A stretch of 64,000 nucleotides of DNA from Thermostichus sp. DRC_bins_24 (GCA_039794845.1 JAUQVK010000035.1:1-64000), one strand, 5' to 3'. Counted from the first letter of the stretch, positions 47,998 through 59,107 are shown. Notes: generated by a model not told the origin, from the sequence alone. Program-made: numbers and translations.

Positions 47998-50103
47998 ATG
48001 CCTTCTGTCAGCCCTGCCGAGACGATTGCCGAAGCCACTGAGCCAGCCTCTGCCCCCCGCTCAGAAGCCTCGCCTCCCGCTGTTGGCGCGTCAGGGCGAA
48101 CGGAAACGGGGATCCCAGCCGGCATGGGATCCCTGCGGCGCTGGTGGGCGCAGTGGAAACAGAAGCTGCGGCTGGAAACTCAGCTGCTGTTTGTGGCAAC
48201 GCTGGTGGTGTCTCTGGTGGTGAGCAGTTTCACCTTTTGGGCCGTCAGCAACGTGCAGCAGGATGCCCAGTTTAACGAAGCCCGCTTTGGTCGAGATCTC
48301 GGGTTGCTCTTAGCGGCCAACGTTGCCCCGTTGGTGGCCGAGGACCGCATTGGGGAAGTGGCCCAACTATCCCGGCAGTATTTCGAGAGCACCAGCAGCA
48401 TCCGCTATCTGCTCTACGCCGACCCCAATGGAGATATCTACTACGGGATCCCCTTTTCCAACCAAGAGGTGAAAACCTCCCTCAGCCTTACCCGCCGCAT
48501 TCAACTGCCGGACAATCGCCCCCCCGCCGAAGGCCAACCGCTGGTGCGCACCCACCTCACCCCCGCCGGTCGCGTCACGGATATTTTCGTTGGCATCTAC
48601 CAACAGGGGCAGTTTCTGGGCACCCTCGGCCTTGGGATAAACCCCAACCCCACCCTGATGCGCTCGACGCAACTGGCCCGTGAGGTCTCTATCGGGGTGT
48701 TTTTGGCGGTTTGGGTTCTGGCCATTCTCGGCTCGGTGGTCAATGCCCTCACCATCACCCAGCCGATCAAAGAACTGGTCAGAGGCGTTCAGGAGATTAC
48801 CAAGGGCAACTTCAAGCAGCGCATCGATCTCCCCTTTGGCGGCGAGCTGGCCCAGCTGATCGACAGCTTTAACGAGATGGCGGAGCGGCTGCAAAGTTAC
48901 GAGGAGCAAAACATCGAAGAGCTGACGGCAGCCAAAGCCAAGTTGGAAACCCTAGTCTCCTCGATTGTCGATGCTGCCATTTTGCTCGATGCCGAGTTTC
49001 GGGTGCTCTTGCTCAATCCGGCGGCCTCACGAATGTTCGGCTGGGAAGGGGATCCCGTGCTGGGAAAACCCTTGCCGGAGCTTTTGCCGGAAGATCTGCG
49101 GGCGCAACTGGCGCGCCCCCTGCTGCAAATTGCCCGTGGCGATCAAGAGGCGGAAGAAATTCGCGTTAACCTAAGCGGTTCCACTGCCCGCATCATCCGC
49201 GTCATGCTCTCGCCGGTGTCGGATCCGCGGCGGCAAAATCTGAAGGGGATCGTGGTGACGGTGCAGGACATCACCCGCGAGGTGGAGTTGAATGAGGCCA
49301 AGGCCCAATTCATCAGCAACATCAGCCACGAGCTGCGCACCCCCCTGTTCAGCATCAAGTCTTTCATTGAGACCCTCTACGAGTATGGCGAGCAGATGTC
49401 TCCGGCCGAGCGGCAAGACTATCTGGAAATTGCCAACCGCGAAACCGACCGCCTCACCCGCTTGGTCAACGATGTTTTGGATTTGTCCCGCCTAGAATCG
49501 GGCAAACAGTATCACTTTGAGGCCATCGACATCTCAGCAGTGATCGAGCAAACCCTGCGCACCCACCATCTGCAGGCCCGCGACAAAGGGATCCACCTGC
49601 GCAAATTTGTGGATCCGGATCTACCCATGGTGTGGGGTAACTACGATCTGCTTTTGCAGGTGCTAACCAATTTGTTGGGCAATGCCCTCAAGTTCACGCA
49701 GCCGGAGGGGTTTGTGAGCTTGCACGCCCACGTGGTCACCCAGCCGGATGGATCCCCGCAGGCGGTGCGGGTGGCGGTTGCCGATACGGGTATTGGCATT
49801 GCCCCAGAGGATCAAGAGCGCATTTTTGACCGCTTTTTCCGAGTTGAGAACCGTGTGCATACCCTGGAGGGCACGGGCCTAGGGCTGGCCATCGTGCGCA
49901 ACATTCTCGAAAAGCACCACAGCCGCATTCACCTGGAAAGCAAGCTAGAAGAGGGATCCACCTTCTGGTTCGATCTACACCTGCATGCGGATGGTTTGCC
50001 CATCGAGTTTGCGGCCCTCCAAACCGAGACGGATCCCCCCAGTTGTGATTGGCGGGAGGGCCCGGCGGTGCAGGCCGGGTCCGAACACCTAAGATCCGAA
50101 TAA
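47998..50103 (+). CDS. nblS: Sensor histidine kinase NblS/Hik33/DspA (TM-HAMP-PAS-HisKA-HATPase)
   Basis: RFGRDLGLLLAANVAPL, FKQRIDLPFGGEL, YEEQNIEELT, SHELRTPLF.IKSFIETL, RVENRVHTLEGTGLGL. Start uncertain. Confidence 0.93.
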   Translation: MPSVSPAETIAEATEPASAPRSEASPPAVGASGRTETGIPAGMGSLRRWWAQWKQKLRLETQLLFVATLVVSLVVSSFTFWAVSNVQQDAQFNEARFGRDLGLLLAANVAPLVAEDRIGEVAQLSRQYFESTSSIRYLLYADPNGDIYYGIPFSNQEVKTSLSLTRRIQLPDNRPPAEGQPLVRTHLTPAGRVTDIFVGIYQQGQFLGTLGLGINPNPTLMRSTQLAREVSIGVFLAVWVLAILGSVVNALTITQPIKELVRGVQEITKGNFKQRIDLPFGGELAQLIDSFNEMAERLQSYEEQNIEELTAAKAKLETLVSSIVDAAILLDAEFRVLLLNPAASRMFGWEGDPVLGKPLPELLPEDLRAQLARPLLQIARGDQEAEEIRVNLSGSTARIIRVMLSPVSDPRRQNLKGIVVTVQDITREVELNEAKAQFISNISHELRTPLFSIKSFIETLYEYGEQMSPAERQDYLEIANRETDRLTRLVNDVLDLSRLESGKQYHFEAIDISAVIEQTLRTHHLQARDKGIHLRKFVDPDLPMVWGNYDLLLQVLTNLLGNALKFTQPEGFVSLHAHVVTQPDGSPQAVRVAVADTGIGIAPEDQERIFDRFFRVENRVHTLEGTGLGLAIVRNILEKHHSRIHLESKLEEGSTFWFDLHLHADGLPIEFAALQTETDPPSCDWREGPAVQAGSEHLRSE

Positions 50104-50166
50104 GATCTGCCCCCTGTGGTGGAATTCCCTCTCTGCGGGGTGACCCGAGAAAGGGTCGACCCCTGG

Positions 50167-50514
50167 CTAGGAGGTGGGCTGATAGTGGGGACAGCCCCGG
50201 CAGGGCCCGGTTGGATTGACGGCGCAGCGCAACAGCGGCGAATGGGCGTTGAACTGACACGAGGGATCCCCGAGGAAGTTCCCCGCTTCCGGGGGCAGAA
50301 GTACAGGCCGGACTATGGCGCGGATCCCGCAAAGGCGATACTTCCCCTGCCGCAGCTGATAGGAGTGGCGCTTCTCCAAAACCAAGTAATGTTGATCGGC
50401 TAGCTGGATGTAGGTGCCCGGATGGGGGCTGATCTCCCAGGGACCTTCTTCCAGCACTTCTCCCGAATCCGCATCGATCCATTGAATGGGCAAGGTCGGG
50501 TTTATGGAAGACAT
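50167..50514 (-). CDS. DUF6464-like cyanobacterial protein
   Basis: YLVLEKRHSYQLRQGKY, LGDPSCQFNAHSPLLRCAVNPTGPCRGCPHY. Confidence 0.82.
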   Translation of the reverse strand: MSSINPTLPIQWIDADSGEVLEEGPWEISPHPGTYIQLADQHYLVLEKRHSYQLRQGKYRLCGIRAIVRPVLLPPEAGNFLGDPSCQFNAHSPLLRCAVNPTGPCRGCPHYQPTS

Positions 50515-50713
50515 AGAGTGCCGAGGGAGCCAGCCTAGGGCAGCAAACTACAGAGATGGGGTTCGACTCACATCAGTGTAGTTCAGTGTAGTGGATTTTC
50601 CTCGGGGGCGAACGCTGGAGAGCTGAGTTAAAGAATTCTAGCATCTTTCCGGGATCGGCCCCATCTCTCTAGGGAGATCCTTACAATAACGAACAGTCAC
50701 TTCTCCACTTCTA

Positions 50714-51097
50714 ATGTCCCAAAAGATTTTGATTGTTGACGATGAACCCCACATTCGCCTGCTGTTGGAACAAACGCTGGAGGAATTGGAGGGAGAAGGG
50801 GTAGAGTTGCTCCTGGCTGCCAATGGAGAGGAAGCATTGGAATTGATCCGCAGCGAACGACCTCGGGTGGTGTTTTTGGATGTGATGATGCCCCGCATCA
50901 ATGGTTTCGATGTCTGCCAGAGGGTGAAGCAGGATCCCGGCCTCAAAGACACCATCATCATCATGCTGACCGCCAAAGGGCAAGAATTTGATAAACAGCG
51001 GGGACAGGAGGTGGGTGCTGATCTCTACATCACCAAACCCTTCGATCCGGATGTGCTGACGGCCAAGGCAGCGGAACTGTTGGGTTTGGAGGGGTAG
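50714..51097 (+). CDS. Single-domain response regulator (CheY-like)
   Basis: ILIVDDE, FLDVMMP, MLTAKG, YITKPF. Confidence 0.95.
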   Translation: MSQKILIVDDEPHIRLLLEQTLEELEGEGVELLLAANGEEALELIRSERPRVVFLDVMMPRINGFDVCQRVKQDPGLKDTIIIMLTAKGQEFDKQRGQEVGADLYITKPFDPDVLTAKAAELLGLEG

Positions 51098-51101
51098 GCA
51101 G

Positions 51102-54100
51102 ATGTTGGGTTGGTGGCGCTCACACATTGGGTTACGGATCTCGCTGGTGGTAACCCTGATTTCCTCGGTTTCGGTGCTAACTCTCATCCAGATTTCCTCA
51201 AGGCGCATTCGGGAGTTGGGGGAATTTGCCGCGACCGAAAATGAAGCCACCATTCGTGCTCAGGTCGATGCTGCCCTGACTCGCATTACCGCAGAACAAG
51301 CCGCCCACTACACTGCCATTTTTAACCAGGTGGGATCCGCCGCCAGCCTCATTGCTCAACAAGCTGCCGTGTATCTGGCGGATCAAGCCTTTTATGGGCA
51401 GCAAAACCACAACCCCCAGGAAAGCCTGACCCTTTACCCCAACCGACGTTGGATCAATGCTGCCGAAGATGCGGTGTCGGTGTTTTACTCGGCTGCTGAT
51501 GAAATTCCACCCGAGATTACCCAAGAGCTCAACGCCATTTCTCATTTGGATCCGCTGTTGCGGGCTTTGAAGGGGAGTCAGTCCAGTATTGTTGCCAGTT
51601 GGCTGATTTTGGAGTCTTCTTCCACCCGTTATTACCCCAATACTTTTTTTGCGCCGGAGTTGCCCCCTCTCTCGGAGTTTGATGAGCGGGTCGAGGGCAC
51701 CTACTACATCATCGCCCGCCCCGAAAACAACCCCGGTGGCGCGGTGCGCTGGACGGAGGTTTATGAGGATACAGCCGGGCAAGGGTTGCTCACTTCCGCT
51801 GTTGCCCCAATTCGGGATGCCGAAGGGGATTTTTTGGGGGTGGCGGGCATCGATTTGAGCCTGGATACCATTGTGGAGGAAATTTTGCGCAGCCAGGTGT
51901 TGGGCAATGCCAGCAGCACCGGGATCCCCACAAATTCAATCTCCGCAACCCACCTAGGGGAGTTTGCCTTCTTGCTGGATGAGCAAGGACAGATCATCGC
52001 CTTTCCGGAACCCTATACCGAGCTGTTTGGGTTGACCAACCCCGGAGCCCAGCAACTGCAAAGGGGTGAGCTGCTTAGGCTCAACTTGCTGGACTCTCAG
52101 CAGCCGTCGGTGGTGGAATTGGCTCAGTCCATTGGGGTTGAGGAGCAACTGCTGCAAGATTTGGAATTGCCCCAGGGGCGCTATCGGGTTGCGGTTCATC
52201 CCCTGGGGGATCCCAATTGGAGCCTGGGCGTCGTGGTGCCTCAAGAACAGATTCTCTCTTCGGTTCAGCAAACGCGGCAGGCTGTTGGGGACACTGTCGA
52301 GCAGGTGAATCAACAGTTGATCCTCCTTTGGTTGGCCTTGCTGGGAGGCGGGATCCTCTTAATTCTGGTCTTTTTGCTGCGGGATCTGATCAGCCCACTG
52401 CAGCAGTTGGCAGCAGCAGCAGGTCAAGTGGAAGAGGGGCAATGGCAAGAGATGCCGCTGAGCAGCCGCACCGACGAAATCGGTCTGTTGTCTCAGGCGT
52501 TTCAACACATGCTCCAGCGCCTCAAGAGCTATACGGAGCGGCTGCAGGAGAGCAACCGAACCCTAGAGCAACGGGTGGAACACCGAACCGCCCAGTTGGC
52601 CCAAGCGGTGAACGAGCTGCAAGACACTCTTGCGTATCTGGATGCCTTGATTGAAAACATTGCCGATGGCCTTTTGGTGACGGATCCCGCCGGGCTGATT
52701 TTGCGGGTGAATCCAGCCTTGCTGGCCCTGTTCGAGCTGCCTGCTACGGGCGAATCGCCCTTGGGGCTGCCTGTGGGACAGGTGTTCGGGGCCGATCTGG
52801 TGGCCTTGGTCGAACAAGCCTTGGCAGATCCCGGTCGACCCGTTGCCGCAGAGCTAAAGCTGGGCAACCAACGGGTGGGCAAAGCCGTTGCCGCCACCAT
52901 TCGACGCCCACAGGAAGAAGGGATCCCCGCCAGTTTGGGCTGTGTGATGTTGATTCGGGATATCACCAGCGAAAAGCAGGTGGATCAGATGAAAACGGAT
53001 TTCATCTCGACGGTTAGCCACGAGCTGCGTACCCCCCTCACCTCGGTGTTGGGCTTTGCCAAGTTAATCCAAAAGCGCCTGGAGGAGGTGATTTTTCCCA
53101 GTGTGGCCGGCGGGGATTCCCCGGATGGAGTAGGCGACCGCAAGCTACACCGCGCCATCGGCCAAGTGAGGGACAACCTTGACATCATTCTTTCCGAGGG
53201 TGGGCGGCTCACCACCTTGATCAACGATGTACTGGATGTGGCCAAGATGGAGGCCGGTCAGATCGAATGGCAGATGCAACCGCTGGCTCTGGATCAAATC
53301 CTAGAGCGGGCCATCGTCGCCATGACCCCGCTCGCCGAGCAAAAGGGGCTGCCCATTCTGAAAGAAATCGACCCGGCCCTACCTTGGGTCTACGGGGATC
53401 CCGACCGGCTGGTGCAGGTGCTGATCAACTTGCTTTCCAATGCCCTCAAGTTCACAGAACAGGGATCCATTACCTGTCGGGCCAGAGCCTTACCCAACCA
53501 GGTGGAAGTTGCCGTGATCGACACAGGCATCGGTATTGCGGCAGCCGACCAAGCTCGTATCTTCGATAAATTCAAGCAAGCGGGGGATACCCTTACGGAT
53601 CGCCCCCAGGGCACAGGCTTGGGCCTGCCGATCAGCAAACAGATTGTCGAGCACCACGGCGGCACCCTTTGGGTGGAAAGCACCTTGGGTCAGGGCAGCC
53701 GCTTTGTGTTCACCTTGCCGGCCTGGAAGGCCGATTCAGGAGATTCAAGCGGCCCCGGCGAAGTCATCGATTTGCAAAACTTGGTACGCCAACTGCGCGA
53801 CCATGTGGTGGCCACCACCGACCCAACCCCATCCGAGGGCCAGCCCGACTCGGGTTCACAGGGATCCAAAACCGTTCTCGTGGTGGATGACGAGCGGCAT
53901 CTGCGCCAGTTGCTTAAGGAAAACCTGGAGACAGAGGGGTACCGGGTGATCGAGGCCCAAGACGGCGTAGAAGCCATTGCCCAGGCGCGTACACACCATC
54001 CAGATCTGATCCTCTTGGATGTGATGATGCCGGAGATGGGCGGGTTTGATGTGGCGGCGGTGCTCAAAAGCAACCCGGAAACCGTAGAGATCCCGATTGT

Positions 54101-54539
54101 GATTCTTTCGATCGTGGAGGATCGGGAGCGGGGCTATCGGCTTGGCATCGACCGCTATTTCACCAAACCCATTGACATGGAGGCCCTTCTGGAGGCCATT
54201 CAGTCTCTGATCCTGCTACCCACCAGCCGTAGAGCTGTACAGCCCCCCTGTTGCAAGGTATTGGTGATCGATGAAAATCTGCCCACCCTAAGGCTGTTGA
54301 TGGAGGCTTTGCAAGCGCGAGGATACCAGGTATCAGAAGCCAGCAATGGCCGGGAGGCCATTCAAAAGGCACTGGCGGATCAGCCGGATATGATCATCGT
54401 CAACACGTTGCTGGCACGGGAACAGGGGATCGTCAAAACGCTGCGCTTTGAAAAGGGCTTGGACAATATCTTCTTTATTCTGCTGGCAGAAGCACCCCCC
54501 GCCGATAATCTCTCAAATAACACCGCAGCTCCCTCCTAG
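51102..54539 (+). CDS. Hybrid sensor histidine kinase (Cache-HAMP-PAS-HisKA-HATPase-REC-pseudoREC)
   Basis: Two TM segments, Cache-like WTEVYEDTAG...GVAGIDL, HAMP DEIGLL, SHELRTPL, GTGLGL, REC LLDVMMP, degenerate second REC. Confidence 0.93.
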   Translation: MLGWWRSHIGLRISLVVTLISSVSVLTLIQISSRRIRELGEFAATENEATIRAQVDAALTRITAEQAAHYTAIFNQVGSAASLIAQQAAVYLADQAFYGQQNHNPQESLTLYPNRRWINAAEDAVSVFYSAADEIPPEITQELNAISHLDPLLRALKGSQSSIVASWLILESSSTRYYPNTFFAPELPPLSEFDERVEGTYYIIARPENNPGGAVRWTEVYEDTAGQGLLTSAVAPIRDAEGDFLGVAGIDLSLDTIVEEILRSQVLGNASSTGIPTNSISATHLGEFAFLLDEQGQIIAFPEPYTELFGLTNPGAQQLQRGELLRLNLLDSQQPSVVELAQSIGVEEQLLQDLELPQGRYRVAVHPLGDPNWSLGVVVPQEQILSSVQQTRQAVGDTVEQVNQQLILLWLALLGGGILLILVFLLRDLISPLQQLAAAAGQVEEGQWQEMPLSSRTDEIGLLSQAFQHMLQRLKSYTERLQESNRTLEQRVEHRTAQLAQAVNELQDTLAYLDALIENIADGLLVTDPAGLILRVNPALLALFELPATGESPLGLPVGQVFGADLVALVEQALADPGRPVAAELKLGNQRVGKAVAATIRRPQEEGIPASLGCVMLIRDITSEKQVDQMKTDFISTVSHELRTPLTSVLGFAKLIQKRLEEVIFPSVAGGDSPDGVGDRKLHRAIGQVRDNLDIILSEGGRLTTLINDVLDVAKMEAGQIEWQMQPLALDQILERAIVAMTPLAEQKGLPILKEIDPALPWVYGDPDRLVQVLINLLSNALKFTEQGSITCRARALPNQVEVAVIDTGIGIAAADQARIFDKFKQAGDTLTDRPQGTGLGLPISKQIVEHHGGTLWVESTLGQGSRFVFTLPAWKADSGDSSGPGEVIDLQNLVRQLRDHVVATTDPTPSEGQPDSGSQGSKTVLVVDDERHLRQLLKENLETEGYRVIEAQDGVEAIAQARTHHPDLILLDVMMPEMGGFDVAAVLKSNPETVEIPIVILSIVEDRERGYRLGIDRYFTKPIDMEALLEAIQSLILLPTSRRAVQPPCCKVLVIDENLPTLRLLMEALQARGYQVSEASNGREAIQKALADQPDMIIVNTLLAREQGIVKTLRFEKGLDNIFFILLAEAPPADNLSNNTAAPS

Positions 54540-54646
54540 AAACTATTTCTCCTCCACTTATTTCGTGGGATCCGCCCCTGTGGCATGATTGGTCTGAAAA
54601 AGCCGTATCCTCCCTGGGGATGGGGCCATATGTGACTGGAGTCCTT

Positions 54647-56878
54647 ATGGTAGGGCAAACCCTCGGTGGCCGCTATCAGCTGATCAAGGAACTGGGATCC
54701 GGCGGATTCGGACAGACTTACCTGGCCCAAGATGGCCATCGCCCCGGACACCCCTGGGTGGTGGTCAAGCACCTAAAGCCCCGCTCCCACGACTCAGAGG
54801 TGCTCTCGGTTGCCCGGCGCTTGTTTCAGCAGGAGGCGGAAATCCTGGAACAACTGGGATCCCACGACCGTATTCCGCGCCTGTTGGCCTATTTTGAGCA
54901 AGAGGCGGAATTTTATTTGGTAGAGGAGTGGATCGAAGGACAAACCCTAGAGCAAGTCTTCGAGAATGGGCAGCTCTGGACCGAAGCGGAGGTGCGGGCC
55001 TTTCTGCAGGATGTGCTGCAGACTCTGGCCTTTGTCCACCAGCAGGGGGTGATCCATCGCGATCTGAAGCCCTCCAACCTAATCCGCCGCCAAGGGGATA
55101 ACCAATGGGTACTGATCGACTTTGGTGCAGTTAAACAATTGGCCCAGAGCCCCCGGCCCCAAGCGGATCTGGCCGAACCCTCCAGCGACTACACCATCGG
55201 CATCGGATCCCCTGGCTACATGCCCAGTGAGCAGCTGGGGGGGAATCCACACCTGAGTAGCGACCTTTATGCTCTGGGGTTGATCGCATTGCAAGCCCTG
55301 TCCGGGATTCCACCCCAAAAGCTGTTTCACGATCCGCTCACGGGGGAGCTGCGCTGGCACGATCTGGCCTCCATCACTGCCCCATTGACTGCTTTTTTGG
55401 ATCGCTTGGTGTGTTACGACTGGCGGCAACGGTTTGCTTCTGCAGCCGAAGCACTGGCCGCTCTGGAAGCTTTGCCAGAATTATCTCTCCCTGGCGTCAG
55501 CACCGAGATTTTGCCCAATCCTGTCCCTTCTGCTGAGAGGTTTCACGGGCCAGACCTTGGCCCACCCTTGCACGAGCCGACCACTCCACCCTGTTCCCGA
55601 CCCTCTCTACGGGCACGCCTTCAGGTCCCACCCGCTTGGGTGGGGGGTACCCTAGCAGCTTTGCTGGTCTTAATCTTGGGAGGATCCTGGCAGATGGGGG
55701 CAAACCTTGGTCTCTGGAAGGGTCGGGGGCTGTCTGCCAACGCACCTGAAGCTGAGCCACTGCAAACCGATCGGGCTGATGCTCTATCGAACGACCTGAA
55801 GGCTTCTGACCGGTCGCAGTCACCCGCCGGCATCTCGACTCTCAATCCGGTGCGCTGGGCTAAGGCCTTGCAACTCAAAGCCACCCTAGAAGGCCCTGCC
55901 GCCATTACCGCCCTGGCCATGAACCCGGAGGGAACCCTTCTGGCCTCAGGAGGAGATGATGGCTTGGTCAAACTCTGGGATCCCCGCACCGGAGATCGCC
56001 TAGAGACCCTGGTGGGCCACGAAGGCTCGATCGAAACCCTGGCCATCAGCCCGGATGGAACCTTTCTGGTGAGCGCGGGGGCAGATAGAACGGTGCGCCT
56101 TTGGGATTTGGCCACCCTGAGCGAACGGCTGCAATTGCAGGGGCACACCGAGTTGATTAACAGTGTTGCCATCAGCCCAGACAGCCGCTGGATTGCCAGT
56201 GGCAGTGCCGACCGCACCATCCGCCTTTGGCAAGCCGATAGTGGCCAGTTGCTCCGCACAGTAGACAGCACTGCCCATGAACTCACGGCAGGGGCAGGAA
56301 TTACGGCGGTTGCCTTTGGCCCGGGGCGCACCCCACCCACCCGGATTGCCGCCCTCGGAGAGGCCGGCGAAGAAGGGATCCCGCTGGCTCCCCCGCCTTT
56401 GCTCCTGGCGGCTGCCAATGCCGATCCCACCATTCACCTCTGGGATCCGAGCAGCGGAGCGTTGCTGGAAACCCTGGAGGCCGACTACCCCGTCGAGCAG
56501 GTGCTTTTGAGTCGAGATGGTCGTTATTTGTTCAGTGGCAGCGCCAACGGCATCTCGATTTGGAACCTGGGCACCGGATCCCTTGAACGCACCCTGCCGC
56601 AACATTTCTCCAGCCTAGCCACCCTTACCCTCAGCCCCGATGACCGCCTACTGGCCAGTGGCACCGATCATCGCGCCAAAGCGATCCAACTCTGGGATCT
56701 GCGCACGGGAGAATTGTTGCGTACCCTGGGTGGCCATACTTGGACGGTGAGTGCCCTGCTGTTTAGCCCCGATGGACAAACCCTCTACAGTGGTAGCGTC
56801 GATGGCTCGATTCGAATTTGGGGGCCTGAGGTAGAGCCAGAGGCTTCGGCTGAAGGGGAGAGTGGGGGGCAGCCTTGA
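54647..56878 (+). CDS. Ser/Thr protein kinase with TM segment and WD40 repeats
   Basis: LGSGGFG, VVKHL, HRDLKPSN, DFG, GYMPSEQ, GH...WD repeats. Confidence 0.95.
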   Translation: MVGQTLGGRYQLIKELGSGGFGQTYLAQDGHRPGHPWVVVKHLKPRSHDSEVLSVARRLFQQEAEILEQLGSHDRIPRLLAYFEQEAEFYLVEEWIEGQTLEQVFENGQLWTEAEVRAFLQDVLQTLAFVHQQGVIHRDLKPSNLIRRQGDNQWVLIDFGAVKQLAQSPRPQADLAEPSSDYTIGIGSPGYMPSEQLGGNPHLSSDLYALGLIALQALSGIPPQKLFHDPLTGELRWHDLASITAPLTAFLDRLVCYDWRQRFASAAEALAALEALPELSLPGVSTEILPNPVPSAERFHGPDLGPPLHEPTTPPCSRPSLRARLQVPPAWVGGTLAALLVLILGGSWQMGANLGLWKGRGLSANAPEAEPLQTDRADALSNDLKASDRSQSPAGISTLNPVRWAKALQLKATLEGPAAITALAMNPEGTLLASGGDDGLVKLWDPRTGDRLETLVGHEGSIETLAISPDGTFLVSAGADRTVRLWDLATLSERLQLQGHTELINSVAISPDSRWIASGSADRTIRLWQADSGQLLRTVDSTAHELTAGAGITAVAFGPGRTPPTRIAALGEAGEEGIPLAPPPLLLAAANADPTIHLWDPSSGALLETLEADYPVEQVLLSRDGRYLFSGSANGISIWNLGTGSLERTLPQHFSSLATLTLSPDDRLLASGTDHRAKAIQLWDLRTGELLRTLGGHTWTVSALLFSPDGQTLYSGSVDGSIRIWGPEVEPEASAEGESGGQP

Positions 56879-56936
56879 TGGAATCCGCTCAGGCAAAGAA
56901 CACTCGCTCTCGACACAGGAGGGATCCCGACAGGGC

Positions 56937-58238
56937 ATGGGCAAAGTGGTGATTATCGGTGCCGGATTGGCGGGCCTGACCTGCGCCAAGGTGCTGAATC
57001 AGGCGGGCCGGCGGGATGTGCTGCTGCTGGAGAAAAGCGATGGCCCCGGCGGGCGGGTACGAACCGATGCGGTAGAGGGGTTTCGGCTGGATCGGGGCTT
57101 TCAAGTGTTGTTTACGGCTTACCCGCGGGTGCAACGACACCTCAACTTGTCTGCGCTGCACCTGCGTTCCTACCGACCGGGGGCTGTTTTGGCCCAACCC
57201 GGCAAGGCTTTTTTGCTGGGGGATCCCTTGCGGGATGTTTCCGGTGGGATCCCTGCTTTGCTCAACCCACTGGCTACCCCTCTCGATAAACTCAAAGTCC
57301 TGCAACTGCGGGCTCAACTGGCCCTTCGCAGCCCGGAGCAGGTTTTCCGGACGGGATTGGGTGGGGCAGATACCTCGATTCAGGTGTTTCTTGAGCAGTA
57401 CGGATTCTCCAAGGCAATCCGCAGCCACTTTTTTGTACCCTTCTACCGGGGCATTCTCTTGGATCCCGACTTGAACAGCAGCGCTCGCCTCTTCAACTTC
57501 TATTTCAAGATGATGGCCGAGGGAGCCATCGTGACCCCGGCTTTGGGCATGGGCGAAATTGCACAACAACTGGCCAGCCACCTTTCCCCTGAGCAAATTC
57601 GTTACCAAACGGAAGTGACCCAGATTCTGGTGGAGCAAGGGCAAGCCCGCGGCATCCGCACCCTTGCGGGAGAAGAAATTGCCGCCGATTGGGTGATCTG
57701 TGCCACTGCCGCCCCCCAAGCCCGTGCCTGGCAGCAACAGCTTTTGGCCCAACCCGCCCCATCGCCGATTCCTACGCAAGCCCGCGCCGTGACCTGTCTC
57801 TACTTTTGTGCCCCCTTTTCCCTCACCCGCGGCGGCTACATTCACCTCAACGCCAGCGGTCGGGGGTGGCTTAACCATTGGGTTGAACTCACCCACATCA
57901 GCCCAGAACTGGCCCCCGCCGGTCAACACCTTTATTCTCTGGTGGTGTTGGGGGATCCCCCCCTCAGTGATGCGGATTTGGCCCAAACCTGTCGGGCGGA
58001 GCTGCAGGATTACTTTCCCAAAGCCCCGCTGGAGCACTTGCAGCTGTTGCGGGTGTATCGGATCCCGTTCGCTCAGTTTGTGCAGCCGCCGGGGTTTCAG
58101 GATCACCTGCCCGCAACGGACAGTGGCATCCGGGGCCTCCTGTGGGCGGGAGAATACACCCACCAGAGCAGCATTGAGGGATCCCTTCGCAGCGGCGAAC
58201 AGGCAGCAGACTGGGTTTTGAAGGCGAGGCAGGATTGA
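56937..58238 (+). CDS. FAD-dependent oxidoreductase (amine oxidase / phytoene dehydrogenase-like)
   Basis: IIGAGLAGL, GGRVRTD, LDRGFQV, SIEGSLRSG. Confidence 0.9.
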   Translation: MGKVVIIGAGLAGLTCAKVLNQAGRRDVLLLEKSDGPGGRVRTDAVEGFRLDRGFQVLFTAYPRVQRHLNLSALHLRSYRPGAVLAQPGKAFLLGDPLRDVSGGIPALLNPLATPLDKLKVLQLRAQLALRSPEQVFRTGLGGADTSIQVFLEQYGFSKAIRSHFFVPFYRGILLDPDLNSSARLFNFYFKMMAEGAIVTPALGMGEIAQQLASHLSPEQIRYQTEVTQILVEQGQARGIRTLAGEEIAADWVICATAAPQARAWQQQLLAQPAPSPIPTQARAVTCLYFCAPFSLTRGGYIHLNASGRGWLNHWVELTHISPELAPAGQHLYSLVVLGDPPLSDADLAQTCRAELQDYFPKAPLEHLQLLRVYRIPFAQFVQPPGFQDHLPATDSGIRGLLWAGEYTHQSSIEGSLRSGEQAADWVLKARQD

Positions 58239-58415
58239 AGGAAAAGACCGCTCAACGACCTCTCAACAAGAGAGAATGGCTCAGATTCAGCTTTGCCCCG
58301 CCCGAGTCCATGCTTGCCAATGAGGAGCTTTTTCCTTAAGTCAATTCACAGAAATGAGACGGGGTTCCCGTGATATGAAGGGGTTGGACTTGTTCCTTGC
58401 GAGGATCCCTCTGCC

Positions 58416-59093
58416 ATGCAAAACGCCACGCTTAGCCCGATCCCGCTCCTACAGCGGTCGCTTCAACTGCTCAACCCGATCTATACGCCCCTGCTGATTC
58501 TCGCCTCTCCCAGCTTTTTTATCCCGATCCTTGGTGAACTGATCCCTGTCTTGGGCGGTTTGCTCAACTTGGCCTATGTGGTGGTGGGCGCGCCCATTTT
58601 GGGTGGGGCAGCCCTTTTGCTGGTGGATCAGCACCTGAAGCAACAATCCCCTGTGGTGGGCAATACCCTTGATCAGGCAATTTCCAAGGCGGTGCCGTTG
58701 GTGTTGGGCAATATTTTGCTATCGTTGATTGTCTTTGGGGGTTCTCTACTACTGTTGATCCCTGGCATTTATTTGGGGGTAAAGCTGGCTTTTCTAAGCT
58801 GTGCCATTGCCTTAGAAGGCAATGGGGCTACGGAAGGATTGGGCTATAGCTGGAACCTGGTAAAGGGTCGTTGGTGGGGGGTGTTTTGGGCCTTTTTGGC
58901 TCTGAGCCTGATTTTCGGCATCCCGATCCTGATTTTGTCGTTCATTGTAGGGGGGATTGCAGCTGCCCTGAACTTTAGGTTGTTGGGGATTGTGGTTCTC
59001 GGGGCGGTCACAACGGCGATTATGCCCATCCTCAACATCTTTACGGTGCTCTTGTTCCGCTCTCTGCAGGAAACTCAAGGCCAATCCGCCTAA
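58416..59093 (+). CDS. Integral membrane protein (YciC/DUF975-like)
   Basis: About five TM helices, LLLLIPGIYL, SWNLVKGRWW. Confidence 0.8.
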   Translation: MQNATLSPIPLLQRSLQLLNPIYTPLLILASPSFFIPILGELIPVLGGLLNLAYVVVGAPILGGAALLLVDQHLKQQSPVVGNTLDQAISKAVPLVLGNILLSLIVFGGSLLLLIPGIYLGVKLAFLSCAIALEGNGATEGLGYSWNLVKGRWWGVFWAFLALSLIFGIPILILSFIVGGIAAALNFRLLGIVVLGAVTTAIMPILNIFTVLLFRSLQETQGQSA

Positions 59094-59107
59094 CCCCATC
59101 TACCCTC

